A stretch of DNA of 64,000 nucleotides from Burkholderiaceae bacterium (GCA_019236735.1 JAFAIM010000088.1:3427-67426); one strand, 5' to 3'. Counted from the stretch's first letter, positions 45,792-53,964 are shown. Made by a program: numbers and translations. Notes: generated by a model from the letters alone, not told the origin.

Positions 45792-46129
45792 GTGATCCGC
45801 ACGCGCGAGGGCATCGCCCGTTCGGTCCAGGTGCGCCTCGCGCGGCACGCGAGGACGATCGCGGTCGATCCGAACCTGGTTCTCACCCGTTATGCAGTCG
45901 AGCGCTTTCTGTACCGCCTTTCACGCTCCGCGCATGCACAGCAATTTTGTTGAAAGGAGCGCTCCTACTGCTCGTCTGGCTTGGCGAGACGCTACGACCG
46001 ACGCGCGATGCTGATCTGCTTGGCTTTGGCGAGCTTTCGGACGCTGCGCTTGCGAAGATTTTCCGCGAGGTATGCACGATCGAAGTTAGCGCCCGCCGGA
46101 CGAGCGCAAAGACGCCCAAAGACCGGTAG
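45792..46129 (+). pseudogene. AbiEii/AbiGii-family nucleotidyltransferase toxin, N-terminal fragment with frameshift
   Basis: VDPNLVLTRYAVERFLYRLSRSAHAQQF is interrupted by a stop at 45951. It continues in the -1 frame as LLKGALLLLVWLGETLRPTRDADLLGFGE. Similarity ends near 46095. Confidence 0.7.
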
Positions 46130-46170
46130 AAAGAAGGCATAGCACTACAAAATTCCCGACAGTCGGCGGC
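46111..46170. repeat. intergenic repeat family, copy P
   Basis: gacgcccaaagaccggtagaaagaaggcatagcactacaaaattcccgacagtcgg aligns with 47744-47799 and partly with 35783-35845. Confidence 0.6.
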
Positions 46171-46291
46171 GTAGAGCGGAGTGGAGCGCGCGAACAGTGG
46201 ACAGGACATGTGGCAGGAGGTCAGTGGCCTTCACGCCCGATCGAGCGAGGCACCGGCCCTGCACGAGGGGCAGAAATCGAAGGATGGACCG

Positions 46292-46705
46292 CTACGGCAG
46301 GTGGCGTGCTGCAAATTCGGCTGGCGTGACGATCGGATAGCGAGCGGCAAGAGCCAGAAGGGAGGCATCGCCCGTCATCAACCAATCGGCTTTCGCCGCA
46401 ATCAGCGTCGCGAGAATCACGTCATCGTCCCGGTCGCCAGGCACCGAGGCCGCCAGTCCGGCCGGGTCGACTATCTCCGCCATGAAATGCAGGGTCTGGA
46501 CGTACCGATCGAGGTCCTCGTCCGACAATGCGATCCGTTTGCGCACCTTCGGGTAATGCAGAGCGGCGGCGATCTCCTCCATGATCGCGTCGCAGAGCAC
46601 GACGTCGAACCCCCCGCTATTTGCAGATGCGAGGATGCGCCCCGGAACGCTACCCGGCAACATCAGCCCCGATACGAACACGTTCGTATCGATGACGACG
46701 CGCAT
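46292..46705 (-). CDS. PIN-domain toxin (VapC-like)
   Basis: MRVVIDTNVFVSG N-terminus with acidic residues spaced as in PIN domains. Its start overlaps the upstream antitoxin stop. Confidence 0.75.
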   Translation of the reverse strand: MRVVIDTNVFVSGLMLPGSVPGRILASANSGGFDVVLCDAIMEEIAAALHYPKVRKRIALSDEDLDRYVQTLHFMAEIVDPAGLAASVPGDRDDDVILATLIAAKADWLMTGDASLLALAARYPIVTPAEFAARHLP

Positions 46706-47016
46706 TACGGCTTCTTGACCTTCCGAGATGCCTGAGCGCGCTTCACGCGAGCCTTCCGAGCGGCACCTACCGCTTCATCGATCTCCCGTTGGGCAGCAGC
46801 CGGATCGACACCGTCGTAAGCCTTCCCGAGACTGTCGGTCAGTCGCAGGAACTCATCCCGCAAACGACGAATGCGCTCGAAGAGCGCCACATCGACGATG
46901 GCTGCAACGGGCTTGCCGTCCTTGGTGATCAGAACGGAGTCGTTCCGGTACTGCACCTGATTCAACAGGTCACCGAGGTTCTGCCGCGCCGCGACGGCTG
47001 AGGATTCACGAATCAC
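46705..47016 (-). CDS. Phd/YefM-family antitoxin
   Basis: ARQNLGDLLNQVQYRNDSVLITKDGKPVAAIV is typical of Phd/YefM. GTG start. Confidence 0.7.
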   Translation of the reverse strand: MIRESSAVAARQNLGDLLNQVQYRNDSVLITKDGKPVAAIVDVALFERIRRLRDEFLRLTDSLGKAYDGVDPAAAQREIDEAVGAARKARVKRAQASRKVKKP

Positions 47017-47029
47017 CTGCTATCCATCC

Positions 47030-47066
47030 ATATGATCATATCGATCATGCATATCGTATCGATCAT
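47030..47066. promoter_or_regulatory. candidate operator of the Phd/PIN operon
   Basis: 12-nt perfect palindrome atatgatcatat (47030-47041). 10-nt exact direct repeat tatcgatcat at 47039-47048 and 47057-47066. All lie 14-50 nt upstream of the antitoxin start. Confidence 0.4.
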
Positions 47067-47203
47067 TAGGCTGAACGTCAAACCTCTACCCGGGCGGTCC
47101 GGCTGGGACGCCCTCCTGCGGGCTGAACAGCCGGTGCAGAAATGAGCACGCCGCCCAGGCGCAAGCAGCGCCGAAGTCCGGTGCCGCGGTAGCGACCCTG
47201 CAG

Positions 47204-47296
47204 GGTTGCCTCGTCAGCACCCGTCACACGGTGCGGGCCTACATGCACCCGGCCGCACCGAATCCACTCAGTCACGCCAATGCGATCCGCCTGCCG
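47204..47296 (+). pseudogene. second tyrosine-recombinase C-terminal remnant
   Basis: GCLVSTRHTVRAYMHPAAPNPLSHANAIRLP shares HANAIRLP with 43244..43342. Lies upstream of tRNA-His fragment copy 2. Confidence 0.35.
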
Positions 47297-47381
47297 CCTG
47301 CAATTTTCCCGACAGTGCCCTCGCTGCGCATTCGGAAGCTGCCACGGATGGCGATCTCGCGCTTACTGGCCGTGACGGGAC

Positions 47382-47438
47382 TCAGGGCCCCAGAAGGCTC
47401 TCGGCAGGAATCTGAAAGTCTTTGTGCGGGCGGCGCAC
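47382..47438 (-). pseudogene. higA-like 3-prime remnant (19 codons)
   Basis: Reverse translation gives VRRPHKDFQIPAESLLGP*, compared with VRRLHKELQIPAESLLGS* at the end of 38501..38863. Confidence 0.6.
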
Positions 47439-47645
47439 CTGTACCGGACCCTCGACAACCGGAATGTCGACCCAGTGCTTCGCTACCGGGCCCGGCCGTC
47501 GTTACGCAAGACCAAGCATCTGAAATGTCTGGACAAATGGGCTGCGCGCGGGGACGCCCGACGACACCCGGAAAGTAGAGTCTTGAGCGAGAACGCACGC
47601 GACAGGCGCGATCAACGCGCGTAAATGCTTGAAAAACGGAGTAGA

Positions 47646-47692
47646 TGGGGTGGACGATGGGATTCGAACCCACAACAACCGGAATCACAAGG
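47646..47692 (-). repeat. 3-prime half of tRNA-His(GUG), copy 2
   Basis: 47/47 identical to 43426-43472. The flank on the low-coordinate side is also related (tgcttga...gtag). Confidence 0.8.
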
Positions 47693-47714
47693 GCAACGTC
47701 ACCCGGATTCGACC

Positions 47715-47848
47715 CGAAAAATCAATAACTTGTGAATCGGAAAGACGCCTGAAGACGGCTAGGAGATAGGCATAGCCGCACAGATTCCCTCACAGTCACA
47801 AACCGTCGCGGTGCGCTCGCAGCGCAATGTCCATTCTGTGGCGACCGG
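47715..47848. repeat. intergenic repeat family, copy T
   Basis: cgaaaaatcaataacttgtgaa is a diverged form of the 23-nt core. 47744-47799 aligns with copy P and 47811-47848 with copy A. It begins about 20 nt from the tRNA-fragment boundary. Confidence 0.6.
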
Positions 47849-47931
47849 AAGCGTCCGAGTCCTTCGCCAACCGACAGCCGGTTACGCAGCACAGCCGTTG
47901 CTTCATATGCATACATTGTGCATACTGACGT

Positions 47932-48198
47932 GTGCCCATCGACTTTGATCCCGAGAAAGCCGCCGCGAACGAAGCCAAACACGGCGTGACGTTCGCGGAG
48001 GCTGAACCGGTTCTTTTCGATCCGATGGGTCTGACGCGGGAAGATTTGGACGCGGAAAGTGAGGCGCGCTTCGTGACAGTCGGTCTCGGGGCGCTTGGTC
48101 GGGTGCTGGTCGTGGTTTGGACCGAGCGCGACGATGACTACCGAATCATTTCTGCCCGCCCGGCCACCCCTGCGGAGCGACGACGATATGAAGGCTGA
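47932..48198 (+). CDS. brnT: BrnT-family (DUF497) toxin
   Basis: MPIDFDPEKAAANEAKHGVTFAEAEPVLFDP...RIISARPATPAERRRY. Confidence 0.75.
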   Translation: MPIDFDPEKAAANEAKHGVTFAEAEPVLFDPMGLTREDLDAESEARFVTVGLGALGRVLVVVWTERDDDYRIISARPATPAERRRYEG

Positions 48199-48436
48199 AT
48201 ACGATTTTTCGAAAGCGAAACGCGGCGCGGTGATCGAGCCGACGGGGAAGACTCGAATCACAATCTACATCGATGACGAGATACTTGCTGCCTTCCGCAA
48301 GAAGGCGGAGAAGGAAGGTCTCGGTTATCAGACCCTGATCAACGCCGCGTTGCGAAACGTGCTTACGCCCGAATCGACACCATTGACGGCAGAGATGCTG
48401 CGCAAGGTTCTTCGCGAGGAACTGCGGGCGGCTTGA
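48188..48436 (+). CDS. brnA: BrnA-family antitoxin
   Basis: MKAEYDFSKAKRGAV...ITIYIDDEILAAFRKKAEKEGLGYQTLINAALR. Overlaps the brnT end by 11 nt. Confidence 0.7.
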   Translation: MKAEYDFSKAKRGAVIEPTGKTRITIYIDDEILAAFRKKAEKEGLGYQTLINAALRNVLTPESTPLTAEMLRKVLREELRAA

Positions 48437-48547
48437 TTGCCACCGGAGGCCTCCGCCGGAACCCCTGCGACCCCGTGAAGGCAGCAAGGGGGGCTCGAGG
48501 GGGGCGGAGGCGGGGTTTCGCGAAGCGAAGCTTCGCGCCGCCGGAGC

Positions 48548-48571
48548 GGGCGCGCCTTGCAAGGCGCGCCC
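48548..48571. repeat. 24-nt perfect palindrome gggcgcgccttgcaaggcgcgccc
   Basis: Read directly from the sequence. Embedded in a G-run-rich spacer (48487-48520) that also contains the 12-nt palindrome gcgaagcttcgc (48525-48536). Confidence 0.9.
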
Positions 48572-48835
48572 TCCCGCAGACCCTCCTCGAAGCCGATCCT
48601 CCACTTTTCTGCCAAGCGGCGCATCGAAGCTGCAGTTCTGCTAACAGCTACAGTGGGCGCGCACAGCCAGAGCGAGGAGCGCTGGTTCACCCTCAGAGTA
48701 TCGAGCCAGGGCAGACTGCTGGCAGTTGCGCATACCTACACCGCGACCGGGGTTGCCAGCGCCCGTGTGCGGATCATCTCCGCGCGCGAAGCCACGCGCT
48801 CAGAGCGCCAACAATACGAGAACATTCCGCGATAA
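48557..48835 (+). pseudogene. degenerate or 5-prime-truncated BrnT-like toxin
   Basis: The C-terminal half is conserved (HSQSEERWFTL...VRIISAREATRSERQQY). The N-terminal FxWD region is absent or eroded, and the track ORF start lies inside the palindrome. Confidence 0.45.
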
Positions 48836-48863
48836 TGTGCGGCGCACCAACCAGGTGACGACG

Positions 48864-49097
48864 ATGGGAACCCAGACGGATCCGCTCGACGAGGACTTGC
48901 CCGCCGAAATCGACTTCTCCGGGGGCACGCGGGGCAAGTTCTTCAGGCCCGGCGCCACCCTGAACCTGCCCGTGTACCTGGACGCCAAGGTCCAGGCTTA
49001 CCTGGCCGCCCGCGCTCGGGCTCGCGGCATCGAGGTCGAGCAGCTTGTCAACGAGTTGCTGAAGAAGAACATCGAGCTGATCGAAGCGGCCAAGTAG
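48864..49097 (+). CDS. BrnA-like/RHH antitoxin partner
   Basis: EIDFSGGTRGKFFRPGATLNLPVYLDAKVQAYLAARARARGIEVEQLVNELLKK. 77 aa. Confidence 0.55.
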   Translation: MGTQTDPLDEDLPAEIDFSGGTRGKFFRPGATLNLPVYLDAKVQAYLAARARARGIEVEQLVNELLKKNIELIEAAK

Positions 49098-49182
49098 GTC
49101 ATGCAGCGGCGTAAGAGGACTCTTCCGCATGCGGGTTCGCACCCGGCGCGCTGCGGTCGAGCGTAGCGCCGAACATCGCTAT

Positions 49183-50214
49183 TCACCGCAAGCCTGCCAG
49201 CGCCTGTTCCTTGACGACCTCGTCGATTACGTCCTTTCCAATGCGCCCAGCGACCTCGTCGCGCACCGGGAGGAGCGCCTTAGCCCAGGCCGCCCGCTGC
49301 TCGACGGTCAGATGGGTGACTTTGGTGCGACCGGAGCGCTCGATCGCGGCCATCGCATCCTCATTGTCCTTGCTCGCAATCTCGTGCTCGTACCGGGTCG
49401 CATCATTCATCGCGCTTTCCAGGGCACCGCGGATGTCGGGCGGCAGACCCGACCAGAATTTGCTGTTGACGATCACCACGTAGCCGAGGTAGCCGTGGTA
49501 GGTATCCGCCGCGTACTTCTGCACCTCGTGAATCTTCTGCGTGTACATGGTCGACCACGGATTTTCGGCCCCATCGACCACGCCGGTCTGCAACGCCTGG
49601 TAGACGTCCCCGAACCCCATAACCTGCGGGATCGCGGCGAGCGCACTCATCTGCGCCTCGACCACTCGGGAGCTGTAAATGCGCATCTTCAGGCCCTTCA
49701 GGTCGCTGGGAACGACGATTGGCTTATTGGCGCTCAAAATCTTGAAACCGTTGTCCCAGAAGGCGAGTCCCGTAAAGCCCTTAGCCTCCAACTTCGCCAT
49801 TAGCTTCCGGCCGACCGGGCCGCTCTCGAGGCGCTCGACGAACGCCTGGCTCGGGAACAGGTACGGGATATCGAACACTTCGAATTCCTTCACCCCGAGC
49901 GGACCGAACTTCCCGAACGATGGCGCCAGCATCTGCACCGACCCGAGCTGGAGTGCCTCGACCTCTTCCTTGTCCTTGTATAGCGTGCTGTTCGGGTAGA
50001 GCTCGACCCTGACCCGGCCGCGGGTGCGCTCTTCGGCCAACTCCTTGAAGCGTTCTGCACCACGCCCTTTCGGCGCGTCGGCGGCCACCACGTGGCTGAA
50101 CTTGATTACGATCGGCTCCTGCGATCGTGCCGGCGAAACCGCCATCAGTGCCAGCCCGCCCAGCAGCGCGAGCATGCTGAAACGGCATTTGTGGAAGACA
50201 GGCTCCATTTGCAA
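49183..50214 (-). CDS. TRAP transporter substrate-binding protein (DctP family)
   Basis: PIVIKFSHVVAADAPKG...YPNSTLYKDKEEVEALQLG. No adjacent dctQ or dctM. Confidence 0.8.
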   Translation of the reverse strand: MQMEPVFHKCRFSMLALLGGLALMAVSPARSQEPIVIKFSHVVAADAPKGRGAERFKELAEERTRGRVRVELYPNSTLYKDKEEVEALQLGSVQMLAPSFGKFGPLGVKEFEVFDIPYLFPSQAFVERLESGPVGRKLMAKLEAKGFTGLAFWDNGFKILSANKPIVVPSDLKGLKMRIYSSRVVEAQMSALAAIPQVMGFGDVYQALQTGVVDGAENPWSTMYTQKIHEVQKYAADTYHGYLGYVVIVNSKFWSGLPPDIRGALESAMNDATRYEHEIASKDNEDAMAAIERSGRTKVTHLTVEQRAAWAKALLPVRDEVAGRIGKDVIDEVVKEQALAGLR

Positions 50215-50259
50215 TCCCCTTACGCATCCTTGCCAACGCCCACCGAGACACGCGGCGCT

Positions 50260-51042
50260 TCAGCTCAGGCAGTCCGGTTCATCGCGGAGCACGCGTCGCG
50301 CGAGGTAGTTAAAAGTCGTCGCAAGGTATGCGGGACCACCTCGATAGCCGCGTGCCTCGCGCGCGAGCTCCGGCGTCAGCGGCTTGATCGGCCCAACCGC
50401 ACGCGCCATCAGCTGCAGCCTGGCCGCACGTTCCACGTAGAAGGCCAGGACCACAGCTTCTTCCAGGCTTTTCCCCGCGGTCACCACCCCGTGATGGGCG
50501 AGGAGCACCGCCGCCTTGTCAGCAAGAGCAGCCGAGATGAGGCGTCCCTCCTCGTCGCCGATCGGCACACCGGGCCACTCAGGCAGGTACGAGCAATTCT
50601 CGTAGAGAACGCAGGTGTCCATGTGCGACACGGCCAGTTCCTCGTCGATCATCGACAGCGCTGACGTGTAGGGTGGATGAGTGTGCACGATCGCCTGGAC
50701 GTCAGGACGCGTGCGATAGATCCACAGGTGGAATCGGTTCGCCGGGTTCACCACGCCGGTTCCGTCGAGAACATGCAAATCATCATCGACCAGCAGGATG
50801 GTGCTTGCCCGGGCCTCGTCCAATCCGAGTCCGAAGCTCAAAGACCAGTAGGTACCGGGCTTCCCGCCGCGCGCCGAGATCTGGCCCGCAAGCGCCGACT
50901 CGTGTCCATCGTGATTGAGGATGCGGCATCCAAGCGCGACCTTCTGCTGGATGGACCAGTCGCTTTGATGCACGGACCTGTTCAGCTGTGCGGCAAACCT
51001 CGCCTCATACACCGCTTTGGGTCGAACAGTCACATCACTCAT
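50260..51042 (-). CDS. class II aldolase/adducin-family protein
   Basis: VHTHPPYTSALS and LLAHHGVVTAG motifs. ATG 51042 (MSDVTV). Confidence 0.75.
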   Translation of the reverse strand: MSDVTVRPKAVYEARFAAQLNRSVHQSDWSIQQKVALGCRILNHDGHESALAGQISARGGKPGTYWSLSFGLGLDEARASTILLVDDDLHVLDGTGVVNPANRFHLWIYRTRPDVQAIVHTHPPYTSALSMIDEELAVSHMDTCVLYENCSYLPEWPGVPIGDEEGRLISAALADKAAVLLAHHGVVTAGKSLEEAVVLAFYVERAARLQLMARAVGPIKPLTPELAREARGYRGGPAYLATTFNYLARRVLRDEPDCLS

Positions 51043-51404
51043 GGTCTGCTCGAAACGAGTGCGCCACCCAAAATGGTGCGACCGCTGCCACTCGGTCACG
51101 ACTCAAGCTCTGCATCGCATTCTTCCGTTCAATACCCGTGCAGGCGGACTGTGCGCCAGCCCTCGCGCACCGGCAAGTGACATTTCGGAACACCCGTCTT
51201 CGCGAAACATGAAGGCCGAGTCGAGGCCGCAAGGCAAAGCCACGAAGTCACGGCAGTCGCATGCGGCCGGCAACGCGCGCTGTCGCTGCGGATCTACGAC
51301 CCAAGGCGCAACTCGCGACCAGCTCTGTTCGTCATGCGGCCGGCATACCTGCAACCGGGCGGTCGTGCGCGACAGGCCCCGGCGGAGTACGCGTTAAGCC
51401 GCTG

Positions 51405-52319
51405 CTACGTGCTTGTCGAGCGCTTTCGAGGTGCGTGTCCGGCTGTGGTCAGTTGCGCTACTAGATCGTCCAGCGCCGGGCTACGGGCCGCATCCCGGGC
51501 ATAGATCAGGTAGAGCTGCATGCACGCCCAATCGTCCGTAAGCGGCAGCACGTGCACGTTGAAGAGATCCTTGAACGGCAGGATGTTGGGGGCAGGTATC
51601 ACCGCGATACCCAGCCGCGCATGTACCATCGCGCGCATCGCCTCATAACTCGTTACCTGCATCGAGATCCTTGGTTTGCGCGCCATGTGGGTGGCTGCCT
51701 CGAGCGTCCAGCTGTGTATTGCCGAGCCCTGCACGAACGAGATGAGATCGAACTCGAGGACTTCCGCAAATGAGATCGCCTCACGCCCGGCTAACGGATG
51801 CACCGCGGCCACGACCAGCACGAGCGGAATGCTGCGGTATGGAACAACGTTGAGCCGGTCCACCGGCTGGTAGTGGCCGATGACGCCGAGGTCGGCACCG
51901 CCGTTCGCAACAGCTTCGATGATCGCCGGGCTGGAGCCCTCCTCCAGGCGAATCCTGACCCCGGGCCGCCGATCGATGTAGTGCTCGAGGTCCGCGACCA
52001 TGACGACGACGGCGGTTTGATTCGCCGCGATCCTTATCTCGGGCTGCTCAGCGGCAGCGATCGCACCGACCGACGCGGGTATGCGCTCGAGCGCTTTCAG
52101 AACCTCGCGCGCGTGGCGATCGAGTGCTTGGCCGGCTGGCGTGGGGACAACACCGGCATGCCGGCGCACGAGGAGTGCGAATCCCAACTGCGCCTCAAGA
52201 TCGGCGATGCGCTTACTTGCCGCCGATGGCACGAGGTGCGCGCTCTCGGCGGCCTTGGTGATGCTGCCGTGGTCAATCACGCTGACGAAAAGCTTCAGCG
52301 TGGTGAGGTCAAATCGCAC
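51405..52319 (-). CDS. LysR-family transcriptional regulator
   Basis: MRFDLTTLKLFVSVIDHGSITKAAESAHLVPSAASKRIADLE HTH plus a substrate-binding domain. Confidence 0.85.
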   Translation of the reverse strand: MRFDLTTLKLFVSVIDHGSITKAAESAHLVPSAASKRIADLEAQLGFALLVRRHAGVVPTPAGQALDRHAREVLKALERIPASVGAIAAAEQPEIRIAANQTAVVVMVADLEHYIDRRPGVRIRLEEGSSPAIIEAVANGGADLGVIGHYQPVDRLNVVPYRSIPLVLVVAAVHPLAGREAISFAEVLEFDLISFVQGSAIHSWTLEAATHMARKPRISMQVTSYEAMRAMVHARLGIAVIPAPNILPFKDLFNVHVLPLTDDWACMQLYLIYARDAARSPALDDLVAQLTTAGHAPRKRSTST

Positions 52320-52328
52320 GAAGGTCTC

Positions 52329-52694
52329 TCAGCGTTCGAAGTCTTCGCACCGAAGCTCGATCGGCTGGCCGTGTGGCGTGCGAATTGCCGCAGCTGTCCA
52401 TGCGCGTCGATACCGGATCAGCTCTGTCTCGGAGCTGGCGCCTTTCGCCGCAACCAGGGATTCGAGCGCCGCAAGCCAGTGGTGGTAGTAGGTGTCGCCG
52501 CGGTCTGGATCGCCTGCGGCCTGCGCCTTGGCGATCTGCCCAGAAAGCACCCGTGTCCACTCGGGCCAGGTGAAAAGGCCCTGCCGATGCAGGGCGACCA
52601 CCGTCGCGAACGCTTGCGCTTCCCAAGGCGCGCGGAATACCGGGCCCTGGTCGTTGCGGGGTTGGCCAGGCAGGACAGCAGGCCTGTCGTTCAC
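52329..52694 (-). CDS. nitrile hydratase accessory (activator) protein
   Basis: FRAPWEAQAFATVVALHRQGLFTWPEW...YYHHWLAALE. GTG 52694 overlaps the beta-subunit stop (GTGA). Confidence 0.7.
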   Translation of the reverse strand: MNDRPAVLPGQPRNDQGPVFRAPWEAQAFATVVALHRQGLFTWPEWTRVLSGQIAKAQAAGDPDRGDTYYHHWLAALESLVAAKGASSETELIRYRRAWTAAAIRTPHGQPIELRCEDFER

Positions 52695-53353
52695 GCAAAC
52701 GGCTCCAGGTAGGGTTCCCACGCGTCGATCGCGACGCTCAATCCTTCCGGGGCCTCGTCGCCCCACAGCTGCCGCCCGTCGAACACCACCGAATAGAGCC
52801 ACTGGGGCTGCTCGCCCAGGCCGTGTGCGTGCGTATCGGCGAAGACGTGCACGCCACGGATCTGCTCGATGCAGCCGATCTTGCCCCTTGCATAGCCCGG
52901 CAGACGCGTGTGGTTTCCGGCCTGCGATGAGCGCGTGCACACCGCTTCGCCCACCTTGAAACGCGAGGGCGACGTCGCGGGCCGTTCGCTCAGGCGCACT
53001 TGCGCGGCCCAGGCGCCCACTTGCTCGGCGCGCAGCAAGCGCGCCATCGGCAGCGCCGGGTGCAGCATGCGCCCGGCAGCGACCTCGTCCTGTCCAATCA
53101 GACCACGCTCGATGAGCAAGCTCTGCAGCGCCTCGAACCAGCGCGCGTAGTACGGAAGCCTGGCGTAATCGGGCAGCGTCTCGCGCGCGCTGCGGCTCAT
53201 GTCGACGTTCCATGCGCCCGTGAACCGCATCGCCACCTCGATGGCGTGCGTGCGTCCCTCCCAGTCCGCGTGGAACACGCGCTCGTTCGGGTCGGGCACG
53301 ACAGCGCCGTGTCCGCCCCGTCCGCCCAGGTCTGCGTGGGTGCGATAGATCAT
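52691..53353 (-). CDS. nthB: nitrile hydratase beta subunit
   Basis: ATG 53353 overlaps the alpha-subunit stop (ATGA). HADLGG start, FHADWEGR and YYARWFEAL. 220 aa. Confidence 0.8.
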   Translation of the reverse strand: MIYRTHADLGGRGGHGAVVPDPNERVFHADWEGRTHAIEVAMRFTGAWNVDMSRSARETLPDYARLPYYARWFEALQSLLIERGLIGQDEVAAGRMLHPALPMARLLRAEQVGAWAAQVRLSERPATSPSRFKVGEAVCTRSSQAGNHTRLPGYARGKIGCIEQIRGVHVFADTHAHGLGEQPQWLYSVVFDGRQLWGDEAPEGLSVAIDAWEPYLEPFA

Positions 53354-53964
53354 GTCGGACTCCCCGGGGATCGCGCCAGACCGGTGCCGATCATGGAATC
53401 GCGCGTTACCAGCGCCGCCAGTTCCTGCTCGGTCAGCCCCGCGGTGCCGCTCGAGCGGCACGGAAGAACCAGATAGCGCACCTCGGCGGTGGAGTCCCAG
53501 ACACGGATCTCGGTCGATGCGGGCAGCGTGACACCGAAATCCCGCAGCACGCCGCGCGGGTCTTTGACGGCGCGGGCGCGATATGCGGCGCTCTTGTACC
53601 AGACGGGTGGTAGCCCCAGCACCTGCCACGGATAGCAGCTGCACAGCGTGCACACGACGATGTTGTGGCGCGACTCGGTGTTCTCGACCGCGACCATGTG
53701 CGCCCCCGGATACCCGAGCGAGGCGATTGCTGCCGTTGCGTCCTGGAGCAGCCATTTGCGGAAGGCGGGGTCGACCCATGCACGGGCGACGACGCGTGCC
53801 CCATTGTGCGGCCCGACCTTCGTTTCGTAGGTCTCGATGATCGCGTCGATGGCGGCCGGGTCGATATAGCCCTTCTGCGACAGCACAGTCTGCAGGGCAC
53901 GCACGCGCACATCCATCTCGCCCAATTCGCTGTGCTCGCCGCTGTCGTCGTGATCGTGCGTCAT
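53350..53964 (-). CDS. nthA: nitrile hydratase alpha subunit, cobalt type
   Basis: Metal-site motif [11 protein letters not shown]. Thr in CTLCSC indicates Co type, whereas Fe type has CSLCSC. Confidence 0.85.
   Translation of the reverse strand: MTHDHDDSGEHSELGEMDVRVRALQTVLSQKGYIDPAAIDAIIETYETKVGPHNGARVVARAWVDPAFRKWLLQDATAAIASLGYPGAHMVAVENTESRHNIVVCTLCSCYPWQVLGLPPVWYKSAAYRARAVKDPRGVLRDFGVTLPASTEIRVWDSTAEVRYLVLPCRSSGTAGLTEQELAALVTRDSMIGTGLARSPGSPT

Noticed and set aside
35000-49100. Chromosomal integron cassette array, with the repeat family as attC sites
   Set aside because: No intI gene or attI. The repeats lack overall dyad symmetry and have no RYYYAAC/GTTRRRY core pair. Gene orientations are mixed.
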